From contig NC_016012.1 in assembly GCF_000283555.1 (NCBI RefSeq), positions 1,050,001 through 1,082,000 of the forward strand: a stretch of 32,000 bases of DNA. The letters run 5' to 3'. Source of the DNA: Candidatus Arthromitus sp. SFB-rat-Yit. Lineage in GTDB: Bacteria; Bacillota; Clostridia; Clostridiales; Clostridiaceae. The translations under genes and the position numbers were made by a program. Positions 10,101 to 18,314 of this stretch are shown in pieces (position 1 is the first letter of the stretch; the number at the start of each line of letters is the position of its first letter). The notes under the pieces were generated by a model. The model had not been told where the DNA came from, searched no databases, and saw only the letters and a list, made by a program, of their open reading frames with translations.

Positions 10101-10652
10101 TGGAAAAATCAAATTTCTATAATCGTTTGTATTTTTAAAAATTCCCGGTAAAATTTCATTTAAAGCATTGCACTGCTCAATAAATAAATATTTGAATAAT
10201 TCATCAGCCTTATTTTCACTTTTAAGTCTTAAAATATATTCCCTATCAACATAAAAATCCAAATCATCAAAATATGTAACTATATCAGGATCAATCTTAC
10301 TTCTATTTAAAGATGACAACACACGAATTCCAGATGGAATATAATTATTAATTTCCATAAATCTTATAGCAATTACACGATTAAACCAAGTATAGGCTCC
10401 CTCCTCAACAATAGAATCAAACCCTCTTTCATTGATTTTCCTAACTAAGATTTCTCTTTTCTCTATATCTTGTCCAAAAATTCTATATACCTTATCTTCC
10501 CCTATTTTAAAATCTTCATATTCATTACCATACCTTACACCTTCTTGTATGTAATCTTTGGTTATTCCAATTAAAAGTAACCTATCACTTACCTCCTTTA
10601 TTAAACTTTTTCTGGCCCAAATAGCAAAATTTTTAACTACATTTTTATTCAT
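7185..10652 (-). CDS. pglX: BREX-type N6-adenine DNA methyltransferase PglX
   Basis: 1155 aa. PglX-like N-terminus MNKNVVKNFAIWARKSLIKEV. SAM-binding motif I IIDPCMGSGHIL (nt 9714-9737) precedes catalytic motif IV VVTNPPYM (NPPY at nt 9222-9233). Long C-terminal region as in PglX. The start overlaps the brxC stop by 8 nt (ATGAATAA), with SD AGAGGAA. Confidence 0.88.
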   Translation of the reverse strand: MNKNVVKNFAIWARKSLIKEVSDRLLLIGITKDYIQEGVRYGNEYEDFKIGEDKVYRIFGQDIEKREILVRKINERGFDSIVEEGAYTWFNRVIAIRFMEINNYIPSGIRVLSSLNRSKIDPDIVTYFDDLDFYVDREYILRLKSENKADELFKYLFIEQCNALNEILPGIFKNTNDYRNLIFPVNLSNENSFLRRIIDDIDEKYFFDNVEIIGWLYQYYITEKKDEIFKRLKQNIKISKENIPSVTQIFTPKWIVKYMVENSLGRFYIENSGESEFPVELKYFVDAEIGNADFKNILPKDIKIIDPCMGSGHILVYAFDLLFEIYKEYGYMESEIPYLIFENNLFGIDVDDRAYELAYFALMMKGRSKSRKFFKSRNIKFNLYPIIESNEIYESVLAKASILDNDKFCDVKYILDSFKDSKEYGSLLSVKKLDFDLIGDLVYPYLNEEELECMKNLINLSKLLSSKYHIVVTNPPYMSSRGMGEKLTLYLKENYPNSKMDLFSVFIERGFELTHDNGFNVMLTMQSWMFLYKFEKLRKSISDKNTIVSLLHMDNNVMSIAFGTSATIFKKKAIKDYEGVYNYIKYEDINASGEPFNFPISQNRNSKIKLRSFDDVPGSPINYWISERAREIFREHKPLKEYFEPKQGMATTDNKTFVRYWYELNKSDIEFCSKNHDDVKEIDKKWFPYNKGGDYRKWYGNNEYIIKYENAGENLINFVRSKYPRISDPEFVIKNRKYYFKKGITWSLFGFKNFGVRYKDYGFIFDVSGSSLFPDQKYEKYILAFLCSNVCFYLLSSIAPTVNFQIGNIGDLPIIINDLYLDDITRLANRNIYLCKKEWDFYETSWDFKTHPSIEFRISGRLRDSYENFYREIEIMFEEVKRNEEKMNIIFKEIYGFTDEVSHEVEDGNVSIRKIDEKKFVESFLSYFVGCVFGRYSLDYEKVIDNVDDIFKRSYRRFYPEKDNLVIISTEEYFGNDIYNLLLKFLEVIFDRECVDENLKFICTSLGFKSGSYRENIVNYFLKDFFKTHSKIYNKCPIYFEFCSGKNNGINALTYIHRFSKEDFLKFKINYLDVIEHKYEDEILKFENIYENEKFLKSKKYKETLILKLEECKKYNQMIKAVSEKSINIDLEDGISNIYEKLQMEGDFYNQNIFK

Positions 10653-13600
10653 TAATGGTTCCTCTATCTTTTAAAAATATACTTTCCATCTTAACCCCAT
10701 AGCTATCAAATAAACTAGTACATTTTTTAAGCTTCTCTTTTAAATCAATCAACAAACTTTCATCTATAAATTTTGAGATTTCACTATCTAAAAATTTACC
10801 AATAGATTTTATTGTTTGTTGCAAATATAAATTATGTACTTGATAAAAGTCATCAATATATCCTCTCAATTCTGCAATACTGCTATATAAAGATTCACTA
10901 TTTAAAATATTTTTAATTTTGAATGCACACTCACACACATCAATTTTATCAACAATAAAATTCTTATCCTTATCAAAAATTTCTACAACTGCAACACCTT
11001 TTTTAAATATTTCAAGTTGAACACTTGTATAAAAATTATAAACAAGTTCAAATTTATCAAACTTTCGTAATATATAATCCTCATCTATATCATGTAAATT
11101 CCCATCTTTAACCTGAAATGTAAAACTTTCAAATTTATTTATAAATTGAGTATTTAAATACACACCATTATTTTTTGAAATATTTTTAACCAACTTAATA
11201 CGGTGCAAAATCTCATTAAAATCATCACATGAACTTATCTTAAGTTCATCAAAAGTATTAACAAAATATTTTTTATCAAATATTTTTTCAAATAATTTTT
11301 TGTAAATATTAAATTTACATTTCTCTCCATAATCCAAAAAATTAATAATAATTTTATTTAAGCTCGATCTAGATAATATAAATTCTTCAAGTTTATTAAG
11401 ACTGTATTCACATGATAACTTTCCTTCTTTTACAAGATACAGAATGCCAAACAAAACATCATTTTTATTAAACCCATACGGTATTTGCTTAAAATGAAAA
11501 ATAACATCAGAAATGTTCATTTCTCTAGAATCTATCAAAAATTTCTCAAGTTCTTGTATAAATAGAGAATTACAATTTAATATTTCACTTAATATCTTAT
11601 TATTATTTAACGCTTCAACTATATCTCTCGGAGAATCCAAAATTTTATCAACATAAAACAATTTATTGAACCTACATGATATAAGTTCATTTAATGCTAA
11701 TCTAAAAATTTCATTTATGCTCGAGGAATTTTTACATAACATTTCTCCATTTACAAATATTTTGGAATTTTTAATCCCATCAAGTATCAAAACTTTAACC
11801 CTCTCTAAACGATTAAAATGTTCAATTTCCTTTTGATTAATAATTTCAAAAAATGATTCTTTATAAAAATCTTTATTATATTTCAAAAACTTATCTAACT
11901 TTAAATATAAGTTTATCTCTTCAATTAAATTTTTATCGTCATCTAAATAAACAATAACATTGTTTTCTATAATTGATGTTACTCTTATCAAATCCAAATT
12001 AAAATTCTCATCATAATTAGTCATAAGAATTTTAATTCCAATTAGATTTGACTTTGAAACTTTGTACTCCATATTATCAAACAATTGATTAATTCCAAAA
12101 TAATTCTTACCTCGATACTTAAATTTAGTAATTCCTATAATCTCATCAAATATTTCCCTACACAATAAATCATTTATATCGTGCGAATTAACATTGCTTC
12201 TAATAATTTTATAATTTATATCTCTCTCATTCTTCGATAAAAAATAAAATTTATCCCCATCTCTATTAACAAACCCCTCATTGATAAGTTTAGATAAAGA
12301 GTTTTTAACTTTATTTAACATACTCTGCTCTAAACTAATATCAGAAATAATTAATGATAATATAGTATCAATGTTCCCAACTAAATTCGGAACATATTTA
12401 ATAAGAAATAATACCTTTAATATATTGATATCAAATTCATCAAGCATCGTATAATCTTTCAAAATCAAAAATATGTACTGGTGATTATAATCAATGAAAT
12501 CACTAATCGCATCATAAAACATATAAAATGGAACAACACAATTAATATCATTATCTTTAAAATTAATTAATACTTTCTGAAAACAATTTATAAGACTTCT
12601 TTCACCTTTTGATATATCTCTGCTTATAACATTGTTTTTCATCATATAAAATATAATTTCTCTTAAAAGCTCAAGTTGATAAGGCAGAAAAGGATAATAC
12701 CTCATAAAACTATCTTTGTTTATACTATTTTGATTATTGGTAATACTCAATTCCGATCCAAACTTTGTCTTTATAAAGAATTTTTTCTCATCGTAAAATT
12801 CTTCTATCAAACTTTTAAACTCATCTTTCTTAACTAAAAGTCTATTACACAAAACTTCTCCTATATTAACACTCGATAAATAGAATTTATTTTTAAACCT
12901 ACTCTGTATTTTTGAAAAATCATATTTCTTATTACTTACCATGTCTAAAATATCAACATGACTTGTAACAATTACAAACGCCCTTCCTAAACATTTAATA
13001 GAAAGTTCTTCAACAATCGTTTGGAGATTTAAAATTTTATTTACATCATCAGCTATAAATTGTGAAACCTCATCTACCATAAATACAATGCTATGATCTT
13101 CACCATTTTTATTTAAGTAATCATTAACCTTCCGAGCAAAATTGTCAATATTCATCTTATAATTCTTCTCAATATTTAAAAAATACTCTTGTGCTACATC
13201 TAAACCAAAATTCTTACAAACACTTAACGCTTTAACTAACTGTTCATTATAAAAGTAAAACTTATCTCTTCCTTCCTCCCAACTTACATTTGAAATCTTT
13301 AAAAACTCTTCTTTAAAATCATCAAAAATATTTTCGTCAGATAATTGTTCCTCAAGTTCACATATAAATCCATAGCGAGAAGAAAACCCTCTCATAGCAT
13401 TAAACTCATTAACAAAAACATCAAGCATTGACTCCTCTTTAATATTTTTTGAATCTATATTGAAAATAATAACATCCTTAGAAATACCCGCTACAAATTC
13501 AAGTTCATTTTTAATTAATCCCAAGCACTCATTATTCTTAATTAATAAATCCAAATTAATTTTCTTAAGTATATAATACAAAATCTTAAGAAAATGTGAC

Positions 13601-13824
13601 TTACCACTACCAAAGAATCCTGAAATCCAAAATCCAATTGCATCATTTTTCATAACAAAAGAATTTTTATAAGTATCAATAAACTTTTCTATGTACCCAA
13701 AAATCTCCTGAGTAATAACATACTCATCTATCTCAACTATCTCTTTCCCTATATTTTCGGAAACTTTAACTACACTTTGTATATTCCTACCTACATCTTT
13801 AACAAAAATATCTTTGATAAACAT
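10645..13824 (-). CDS. brxC: BREX P-loop ATPase BrxC/PglY
   Basis: About 1059 aa from the ATG at 13824; the track's 13836 start is a TTG extension. N-terminus MFIKDIFVKDVGRNIQSVVKV. Walker A GFFGSGKSHFLK (nt 13594-13620). Walker B-like VFMVDEVSQF (DE at 13069-13074). Size and position immediately upstream of pglX match BrxC. Confidence 0.82.
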   Translation of the reverse strand: MFIKDIFVKDVGRNIQSVVKVSENIGKEIVEIDEYVITQEIFGYIEKFIDTYKNSFVMKNDAIGFWISGFFGSGKSHFLKILYYILKKINLDLLIKNNECLGLIKNELEFVAGISKDVIIFNIDSKNIKEESMLDVFVNEFNAMRGFSSRYGFICELEEQLSDENIFDDFKEEFLKISNVSWEEGRDKFYFYNEQLVKALSVCKNFGLDVAQEYFLNIEKNYKMNIDNFARKVNDYLNKNGEDHSIVFMVDEVSQFIADDVNKILNLQTIVEELSIKCLGRAFVIVTSHVDILDMVSNKKYDFSKIQSRFKNKFYLSSVNIGEVLCNRLLVKKDEFKSLIEEFYDEKKFFIKTKFGSELSITNNQNSINKDSFMRYYPFLPYQLELLREIIFYMMKNNVISRDISKGERSLINCFQKVLINFKDNDINCVVPFYMFYDAISDFIDYNHQYIFLILKDYTMLDEFDINILKVLFLIKYVPNLVGNIDTILSLIISDISLEQSMLNKVKNSLSKLINEGFVNRDGDKFYFLSKNERDINYKIIRSNVNSHDINDLLCREIFDEIIGITKFKYRGKNYFGINQLFDNMEYKVSKSNLIGIKILMTNYDENFNLDLIRVTSIIENNVIVYLDDDKNLIEEINLYLKLDKFLKYNKDFYKESFFEIINQKEIEHFNRLERVKVLILDGIKNSKIFVNGEMLCKNSSSINEIFRLALNELISCRFNKLFYVDKILDSPRDIVEALNNNKILSEILNCNSLFIQELEKFLIDSREMNISDVIFHFKQIPYGFNKNDVLFGILYLVKEGKLSCEYSLNKLEEFILSRSSLNKIIINFLDYGEKCKFNIYKKLFEKIFDKKYFVNTFDELKISSCDDFNEILHRIKLVKNISKNNGVYLNTQFINKFESFTFQVKDGNLHDIDEDYILRKFDKFELVYNFYTSVQLEIFKKGVAVVEIFDKDKNFIVDKIDVCECAFKIKNILNSESLYSSIAELRGYIDDFYQVHNLYLQQTIKSIGKFLDSEISKFIDESLLIDLKEKLKKCTSLFDSYGVKMESIFLKDRGTINE

Positions 13825-13834
13825 ATTACACCCC

Positions 13835-13881
13835 AAAAAATAGCAACCTATAATTCAAAGAAATAAATTATAAGTTGCTAT
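13835..13881 (-). terminator. Rho-independent terminator of pgi
   Basis: Minus-strand RNA: AUAGCAACUUAUAAUU-10 nt loop-AAUUAUAGGUUGCUAU. The 16-bp stem has one mismatch on the plus strand that becomes a G-U pair on the minus strand. A U-run follows, ending about 10 nt before the brxC ATG. Confidence 0.7.
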
Positions 13882-13895
13882 AAAATCTTTTTTAA
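13867..13895 (-). promoter_or_regulatory. Candidate promoter for brxC-pglX nested in the pgi terminator
   Basis: Minus strand: TTAAAA (13895-13890), 17 nt, TATAAT (13872-13867). The -10 hexamer sits in the 5' arm of the terminator stem. Speculative. Confidence 0.3.
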
Positions 13896-15248
13896 TTACA
13901 ATCTTTTTTCAAGTTCACTTTTCAAATCCTCAAATCCTTTCTTACCAAGAAGTGCAAACATATTTTTCTTATAATTCTCAACACCTTCCTGATTAAATGG
14001 ATTTACTGCAGACAAATAACCGCTTATTCCACAAGCCTTCTCAAAGAAATAGATCATATATCCTACATTGTAAGCATCTATCTTAGGTATAGTAACAACC
14101 ATATTAGGAACTCCACCATCCAAATGAGCAAGTAATGTTCCCGCAAAAGCTTTTTTATTAACAAAATCAACTGTCTTACCACTTAAATAATTAAGACCGT
14201 CAATATCCCCATCCATATTTTTAATCGTAAGATCTTTCAATGGATTTTCTACATTTATAACAGTTTCCATAATATTTCTCATTCCATCTTGGATATACTG
14301 ACCAAGTGAATGTAAATCAGTAGATAGGTTCACAGAAGATGGATAAATTCCTTTTTTATCCTTACCTTCACTTTCTCCATATAATTGTTTCCACCACTCA
14401 GAAAAGAAAGTAAGAGATGGTTCGTATGATGCCAAAATTTCCGTAGTATATCCTTTTCTATAAAGAATATTTCTTGTAGCAGCATATCTATAAGAATAAT
14501 TTTTCTCTAAATCATCACATTCAAAATCTTTTACAGCATCTCTAGCTCCTTGCATAAGGGCGTCAATGTCAACACCAGAAACAGCTATAGGTAAAAGACC
14601 AACTGGAGTTAATACAGAAAATCTCCCTCCAACATCATCAGGTATTACAAAAGTTTCATAACCTTCGCTATCAGCAAGACCTTTTAAAGCTCCTCTAGCT
14701 TTATCAGTTGTCGCAATTATTCTCTCTTTTGCTCCATCTTTTCCATACTTATCTTCTAAGAAACTCTTAAAAAATCTAAATGCAAGAGCTGGTTCTGTAG
14801 TTGTACCAGATTTAGATATAACATTTACATAAACACTTTTATCTTTAATAAGTTCTAATAAATCAATTAAATAGGTGGAACTTATGCTATTACCTGCAAA
14901 AAATATTTGAGGTGCTTTTCTCTTATCAGAACTTAAATAGTTAAAGAAAGTAGTATTTAAACATTCAATGCAAGCTTTCGCTCCTAAGTATGAACCTCCT
15001 ATACCTATAACTATCAAAACATCCGCATTATCCCTTATTTTTTGTGCCGTAACCTTAATTCTGTTATATTCTTCTTTATCATAATCATTTGGCAAATTTA
15101 CCCATCCCAAAAAATCATTGCCAGCTCCACTTCTATTTTTAATCAATTCATGGGCAAGCTTAACTTGGGGTACTATTAAATCCAATTCATCACTATTTAT
15201 ATAACTACCTAATTTTGAATCATCGAATTTCAATTTATCCATAGACAT
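13896..15248 (-). CDS. pgi: Glucose-6-phosphate isomerase
   Basis: 450 aa. PGI signatures [12 protein letters not shown] and [11 protein letters not shown], plus [14 protein letters not shown]. Strong SD AAGGAGG. Confidence 0.95.
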   Translation of the reverse strand: MSMDKLKFDDSKLGSYINSDELDLIVPQVKLAHELIKNRSGAGNDFLGWVNLPNDYDKEEYNRIKVTAQKIRDNADVLIVIGIGGSYLGAKACIECLNTTFFNYLSSDKRKAPQIFFAGNSISSTYLIDLLELIKDKSVYVNVISKSGTTTEPALAFRFFKSFLEDKYGKDGAKERIIATTDKARGALKGLADSEGYETFVIPDDVGGRFSVLTPVGLLPIAVSGVDIDALMQGARDAVKDFECDDLEKNYSYRYAATRNILYRKGYTTEILASYEPSLTFFSEWWKQLYGESEGKDKKGIYPSSVNLSTDLHSLGQYIQDGMRNIMETVINVENPLKDLTIKNMDGDIDGLNYLSGKTVDFVNKKAFAGTLLAHLDGGVPNMVVTIPKIDAYNVGYMIYFFEKACGISGYLSAVNPFNQEGVENYKKNMFALLGKKGFEDLKSELEKRL

Positions 15249-15277
15249 TTAATTACCTCCTTGAGATTCTCATAAAT

Positions 15278-15454
15278 TTATTTTAAGATAACTTTAGTTA
15301 AAAATAAAGTAAATAAAAAATAAATTAAAACTATAATAAATACAAAAGGCAAAATCGCCTTATAAGCTCCCTTAACAAGTAACCAAAAATCTTGCTTATC
15401 TATATCTATCTTCTTATTGATATCATCTTTTTTCTTATTTTTATTAAATAACAT
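15278..15454 (-). CDS. Small (58-aa) single-TM membrane protein, hypothetical; below the ORF-track length cut-off
   Basis: Hand translation: MLFNKNKKKDDINKKIDIDKQDFWLLVKGAYKAILPFVFIIVLIYFLFTLFLTKVILK. Lys/Asp-rich N-terminus followed by one hydrophobic helix. SD AAGAGGA about 12 nt upstream. Ends 30 nt before the pgi start. Confidence 0.4.
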   Translation of the reverse strand: MLFNKNKKKDDINKKIDIDKQDFWLLVKGAYKAILPFVFIIVLIYFLFTLFLTKVILK

Positions 15455-15514
15455 AGTTAAACTTTATCCTCTTAATACACTAATACATTAATTATAATTT
15501 TTAGATATAAAAAA

Positions 15515-15553
15515 AACAATAAAAAGCGTTAATAAAACAACTTATTTATTGTT
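15515..15553 (-). terminator. Possible terminator after the five-gene ABC operon
   Basis: Minus strand: AACAATAAA-21 nt-TTTATTGTT followed by TTTTTTT. The stem is all A/T apart from one G-C pair and the loop is long, so the call is weak. Confidence 0.3.
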
Positions 15554-15562
15554 TCCTAAAAA

Positions 15563-16204
15563 TTATATAATATCTATTACACTCAAAACATTTTTACAAT
15601 TAATATTAATGGTTTTATCTACTCCCTCTATCTTTCGTATATACCTACCATTTAATAAAACATTCCAAGATAAATCAGTATTCAAAACAATTTCACTCAT
15701 GTAAGACTTTATATTACAATCAACAATTTGATTATACATAATATCTGCATTAGAAAAATCCAAACTAATATTCGATACGAATGAAACCACGTTTATGTTT
15801 GAAAGATTTCGTGAAACACCATTAATGTGCAGTGTAGAAAACACTTCTTTTATATAAACCTTATCTCTACTATCTTTAAATACTCCTTTTTTATTGGTAA
15901 ATACTTTCGATTTCACACAGAGCAAATAAATTCCATAGCCTAAAAATGCTAATGCCAATATAAAATATAAACTAATTCCAGAAAATAAAGCAATCATACC
16001 TATACCAAATATGATAAATACCTTACCCACACTATTTGTATACCTATCTTTCAAAAGTGTGATACCATTATAAACAAGCAAAATTGAAGCTATATAAATT
16101 AAAACCCTGAAACTACTAAGCATCCTTACTCCACCAATTAGTAAAATAGCTCCAATAACTAAAAACAATATCCCTTTTAAAAAATTACTATCCTTCGAAA
16201 ACAT
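15563..16204 (-). CDS. Membrane protein with LiaF-like (DUF2154-type) C-terminal domain, putative
   Basis: 213 aa. About four N-terminal TM helices, then a soluble C-terminal part (VSFVSNISLDFSNADI...IKSYMSEIVLNTDLSWNVLLNG) resembling the LiaF/cell-wall-stress C-terminal pattern. SD TAGGAGGGA. Function assigned by pattern recall only. Confidence 0.55.
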   Translation of the reverse strand: MFSKDSNFLKGILFLVIGAILLIGGVRMLSSFRVLIYIASILLVYNGITLLKDRYTNSVGKVFIIFGIGMIALFSGISLYFILALAFLGYGIYLLCVKSKVFTNKKGVFKDSRDKVYIKEVFSTLHINGVSRNLSNINVVSFVSNISLDFSNADIMYNQIVDCNIKSYMSEIVLNTDLSWNVLLNGRYIRKIEGVDKTININCKNVLSVIDII

Positions 16205-16238
16205 ACAATCCCTCCTACATATGATCGTATAACTAAAC

Positions 16239-17420
16239 TCACTTATTCTTCTTTAAATTCGTACCTCTAAACTTAATAACCTGTTTATTAATACTAATAT
16301 TTATAAATATCAATATAACTATCGTAATTAACATTATTAATGAAGCAAATATATCTTTATATAAAATAAAACTACTCTCTGTAATTACCACAAATGGAGC
16401 GAAAAATGGAATGCATACTAATATATTTTTAAAATAATTATTAGGAAACTGTAAATTAAGCATCGACAAAAAATACCCAATAGAAATCAAAAACACAATT
16501 GGAATTATTCCTAACGATAACTCTTCAATCTTATCAATCACACTTCCTATAAAAACAAATAATAAACCATATATCATAAATCCCAATACAAAATACGATA
16601 TATATTTTAACACAAATAATCCATCAAATACTATAATTTCTTTAATTAATGGGAAATACTTATTACTCATCATTCCTGTTATTAAAAATAAAATAATTAT
16701 AAAGTATATCAGTTGTATCAGAGCAGCCAACAAATAACCAAATAATTTTCCTAATATAATTGTTGAAAATTTAACTTTAGTTATAAATATATCCATTATT
16801 TTTGAAGTTCTCTCTATGTTTACATTCATAGATATAAACTGTCCATATAATATAAAAATCATGTAAATAAATATTGTTAATAAAAAAGGATACGTGTAGT
16901 TCTTTATAATCCCTATGACTTTATTTTTAAATAGACTAAGAGATTCAACATTATAATTTGGATAACTTATATTCAAATCAGAATTTTGGTTTAAAATGTA
17001 TCTATCTAATATAAATTTAATTTCAGGATAGTTCTCTTTTGTGAAAATATTAATCTCTGATTTGGAAACTACATCTATGTATCCGTCAATCCCACCATTA
17101 TATAGCTTCTCTTTAAGTTCATCTTCTTTAACTCCTTTATCAACCAATTTAACATAATAGTTATTGTCCAAACTCTTCTCAATACTTCTTATATATAAAT
17201 TCAATTCCAAATCATCTTTAAAAATATAATTTTTAGGATCAGATATATAAATCAAATATTCACTTTTATCTTTTGATATAAAATTAAATTTTATAATTAG
17301 ATCTGGCAAAATTGATACAATTATAATTAAAAGAGATATTACCAAGGTAGATATCTTGAAAAAATTTCTACCAATAATATCTCTAAAATTGTAAGCAGCT
17401 ATTATGAAAAATTTGTTCAC
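16239..17420 (-). CDS. ABC-2 type exporter permease (NatB/YhaP-like)
   Basis: 393 aa. One N-terminal TM, a large extracytoplasmic loop, then about five C-terminal TM helices. GTG start directly abutting the ATPase stop codon, with SD GGTGA. Confidence 0.8.
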   Translation of the reverse strand: MNKFFIIAAYNFRDIIGRNFFKISTLVISLLIIIVSILPDLIIKFNFISKDKSEYLIYISDPKNYIFKDDLELNLYIRSIEKSLDNNYYVKLVDKGVKEDELKEKLYNGGIDGYIDVVSKSEINIFTKENYPEIKFILDRYILNQNSDLNISYPNYNVESLSLFKNKVIGIIKNYTYPFLLTIFIYMIFILYGQFISMNVNIERTSKIMDIFITKVKFSTIILGKLFGYLLAALIQLIYFIIILFLITGMMSNKYFPLIKEIIVFDGLFVLKYISYFVLGFMIYGLLFVFIGSVIDKIEELSLGIIPIVFLISIGYFLSMLNLQFPNNYFKNILVCIPFFAPFVVITESSFILYKDIFASLIMLITIVILIFINISINKQVIKFRGTNLKKNK

Positions 17421-18311
17421 CTATAAATCACCAGCCGTATCCAAAAAAATTTCATGTAATGATTTATATTTTAAACCAAAATTAAAAATCTTAACCCTGT
17501 TAGAATACAAAATATTTAATATATCACTTGTAATATTTTCATTTAATATATTTATCTCATAAACATTTCTATTTTTTGTTATTCCTTTGACTCCATATAT
17601 ATTTAAATTCGGTAAGTTACCATCTATCTCGAGAACCAGTTTATTCCTACCATATGATTTTTTAATGTTCATCAAGTTACCTTCAATGGCTTGAGCCCCA
17701 TTTTTAAAAATAGATATTCTATCACAAAATTCTTCTATATAATGCGTCTGATGAGTACAAAATATAATATATTTCCCCCTATTTACAAGTTCAGTTACTA
17801 TATTTCTTAAAATTTCAGAATTAACTGGATCTAATCCACTAAATGGTTCATCAAATATCAAGATATCTGGATCATGAATTATCGTTGAAATTATTTGTAC
17901 CTTTTGTTGATTCCCTTTAGATAAAGTTTCTATTGGCTTTTTCACATATTCCTCTAACTGAAACCTCTCCAACCAATAATTAATTTTACTTTTTGATTCC
18001 TTAACATCAAGCCCCGATATTCTTGAAAAATAAAATAAATTATTCCATACCGTACTCTTATAATAAAGACTCTTTTCCTCTGGTAAATATCCTATCTTTT
18101 CTCGTATAACATCTAAATCATTATTTTTAAATAACACCCGACCACTATCTTTAGATATTATATCTAAAATTATTTTTATGGTAGTAGTTTTACCCGCACC
18201 ATTTCTTCCCAATATACCATAAACTTTTCCAGCCTCAACCTCAAAATTAACTTTATCTACAACTTTTTTATCAAAATAAGATTTATTTAAATCTATAACT
18301 TTCAAACTCAT
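17421..18311 (-). CDS. ABC transporter ATP-binding protein (NatA/YhaQ-like, with C-terminal extension)
   Basis: 296 aa. Walker A GRNGAGKTT, signature LSKGNQQKVQ, Walker B ILIFDEPFSGLD. Confidence 0.93.
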   Translation of the reverse strand: MSLKVIDLNKSYFDKKVVDKVNFEVEAGKVYGILGRNGAGKTTTIKIILDIISKDSGRVLFKNNDLDVIREKIGYLPEEKSLYYKSTVWNNLFYFSRISGLDVKESKSKINYWLERFQLEEYVKKPIETLSKGNQQKVQIISTIIHDPDILIFDEPFSGLDPVNSEILRNIVTELVNRGKYIIFCTHQTHYIEEFCDRISIFKNGAQAIEGNLMNIKKSYGRNKLVLEIDGNLPNLNIYGVKGITKNRNVYEINILNENITSDILNILYSNRVKIFNFGLKYKSLHEIFLDTAGDL

Positions 18312-18314
18312 AAT

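Noticed and set aside
9951-10151. Plus-strand 66-aa ORF inside pglX
   Set aside because: Antisense shadow ORF within a continuous 1155-codon frame carrying methyltransferase motifs. No SD or promoter.
13825-13836. TTG-extended start of brxC (MGCNM...), and the similar TTG extensions of dut (21790) and the BceA-like ATPase (30853)
   Set aside because: In each case an in-frame ATG a few codons downstream has a better-placed SD and gives the family-typical N-terminus. The brxC extension would also start inside the pgi terminator U-tract.
7008-13895. Search for direct repeats, att-like sites, integrase or transposase flanking the brxC-pglX block
   Set aside because: By eye I found no shared direct repeat between the 7008-7184 and 13837-13895 flanks and no recombinase gene. 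Mobility of the block is therefore not supported from this window alone; a computational repeat search would be needed.
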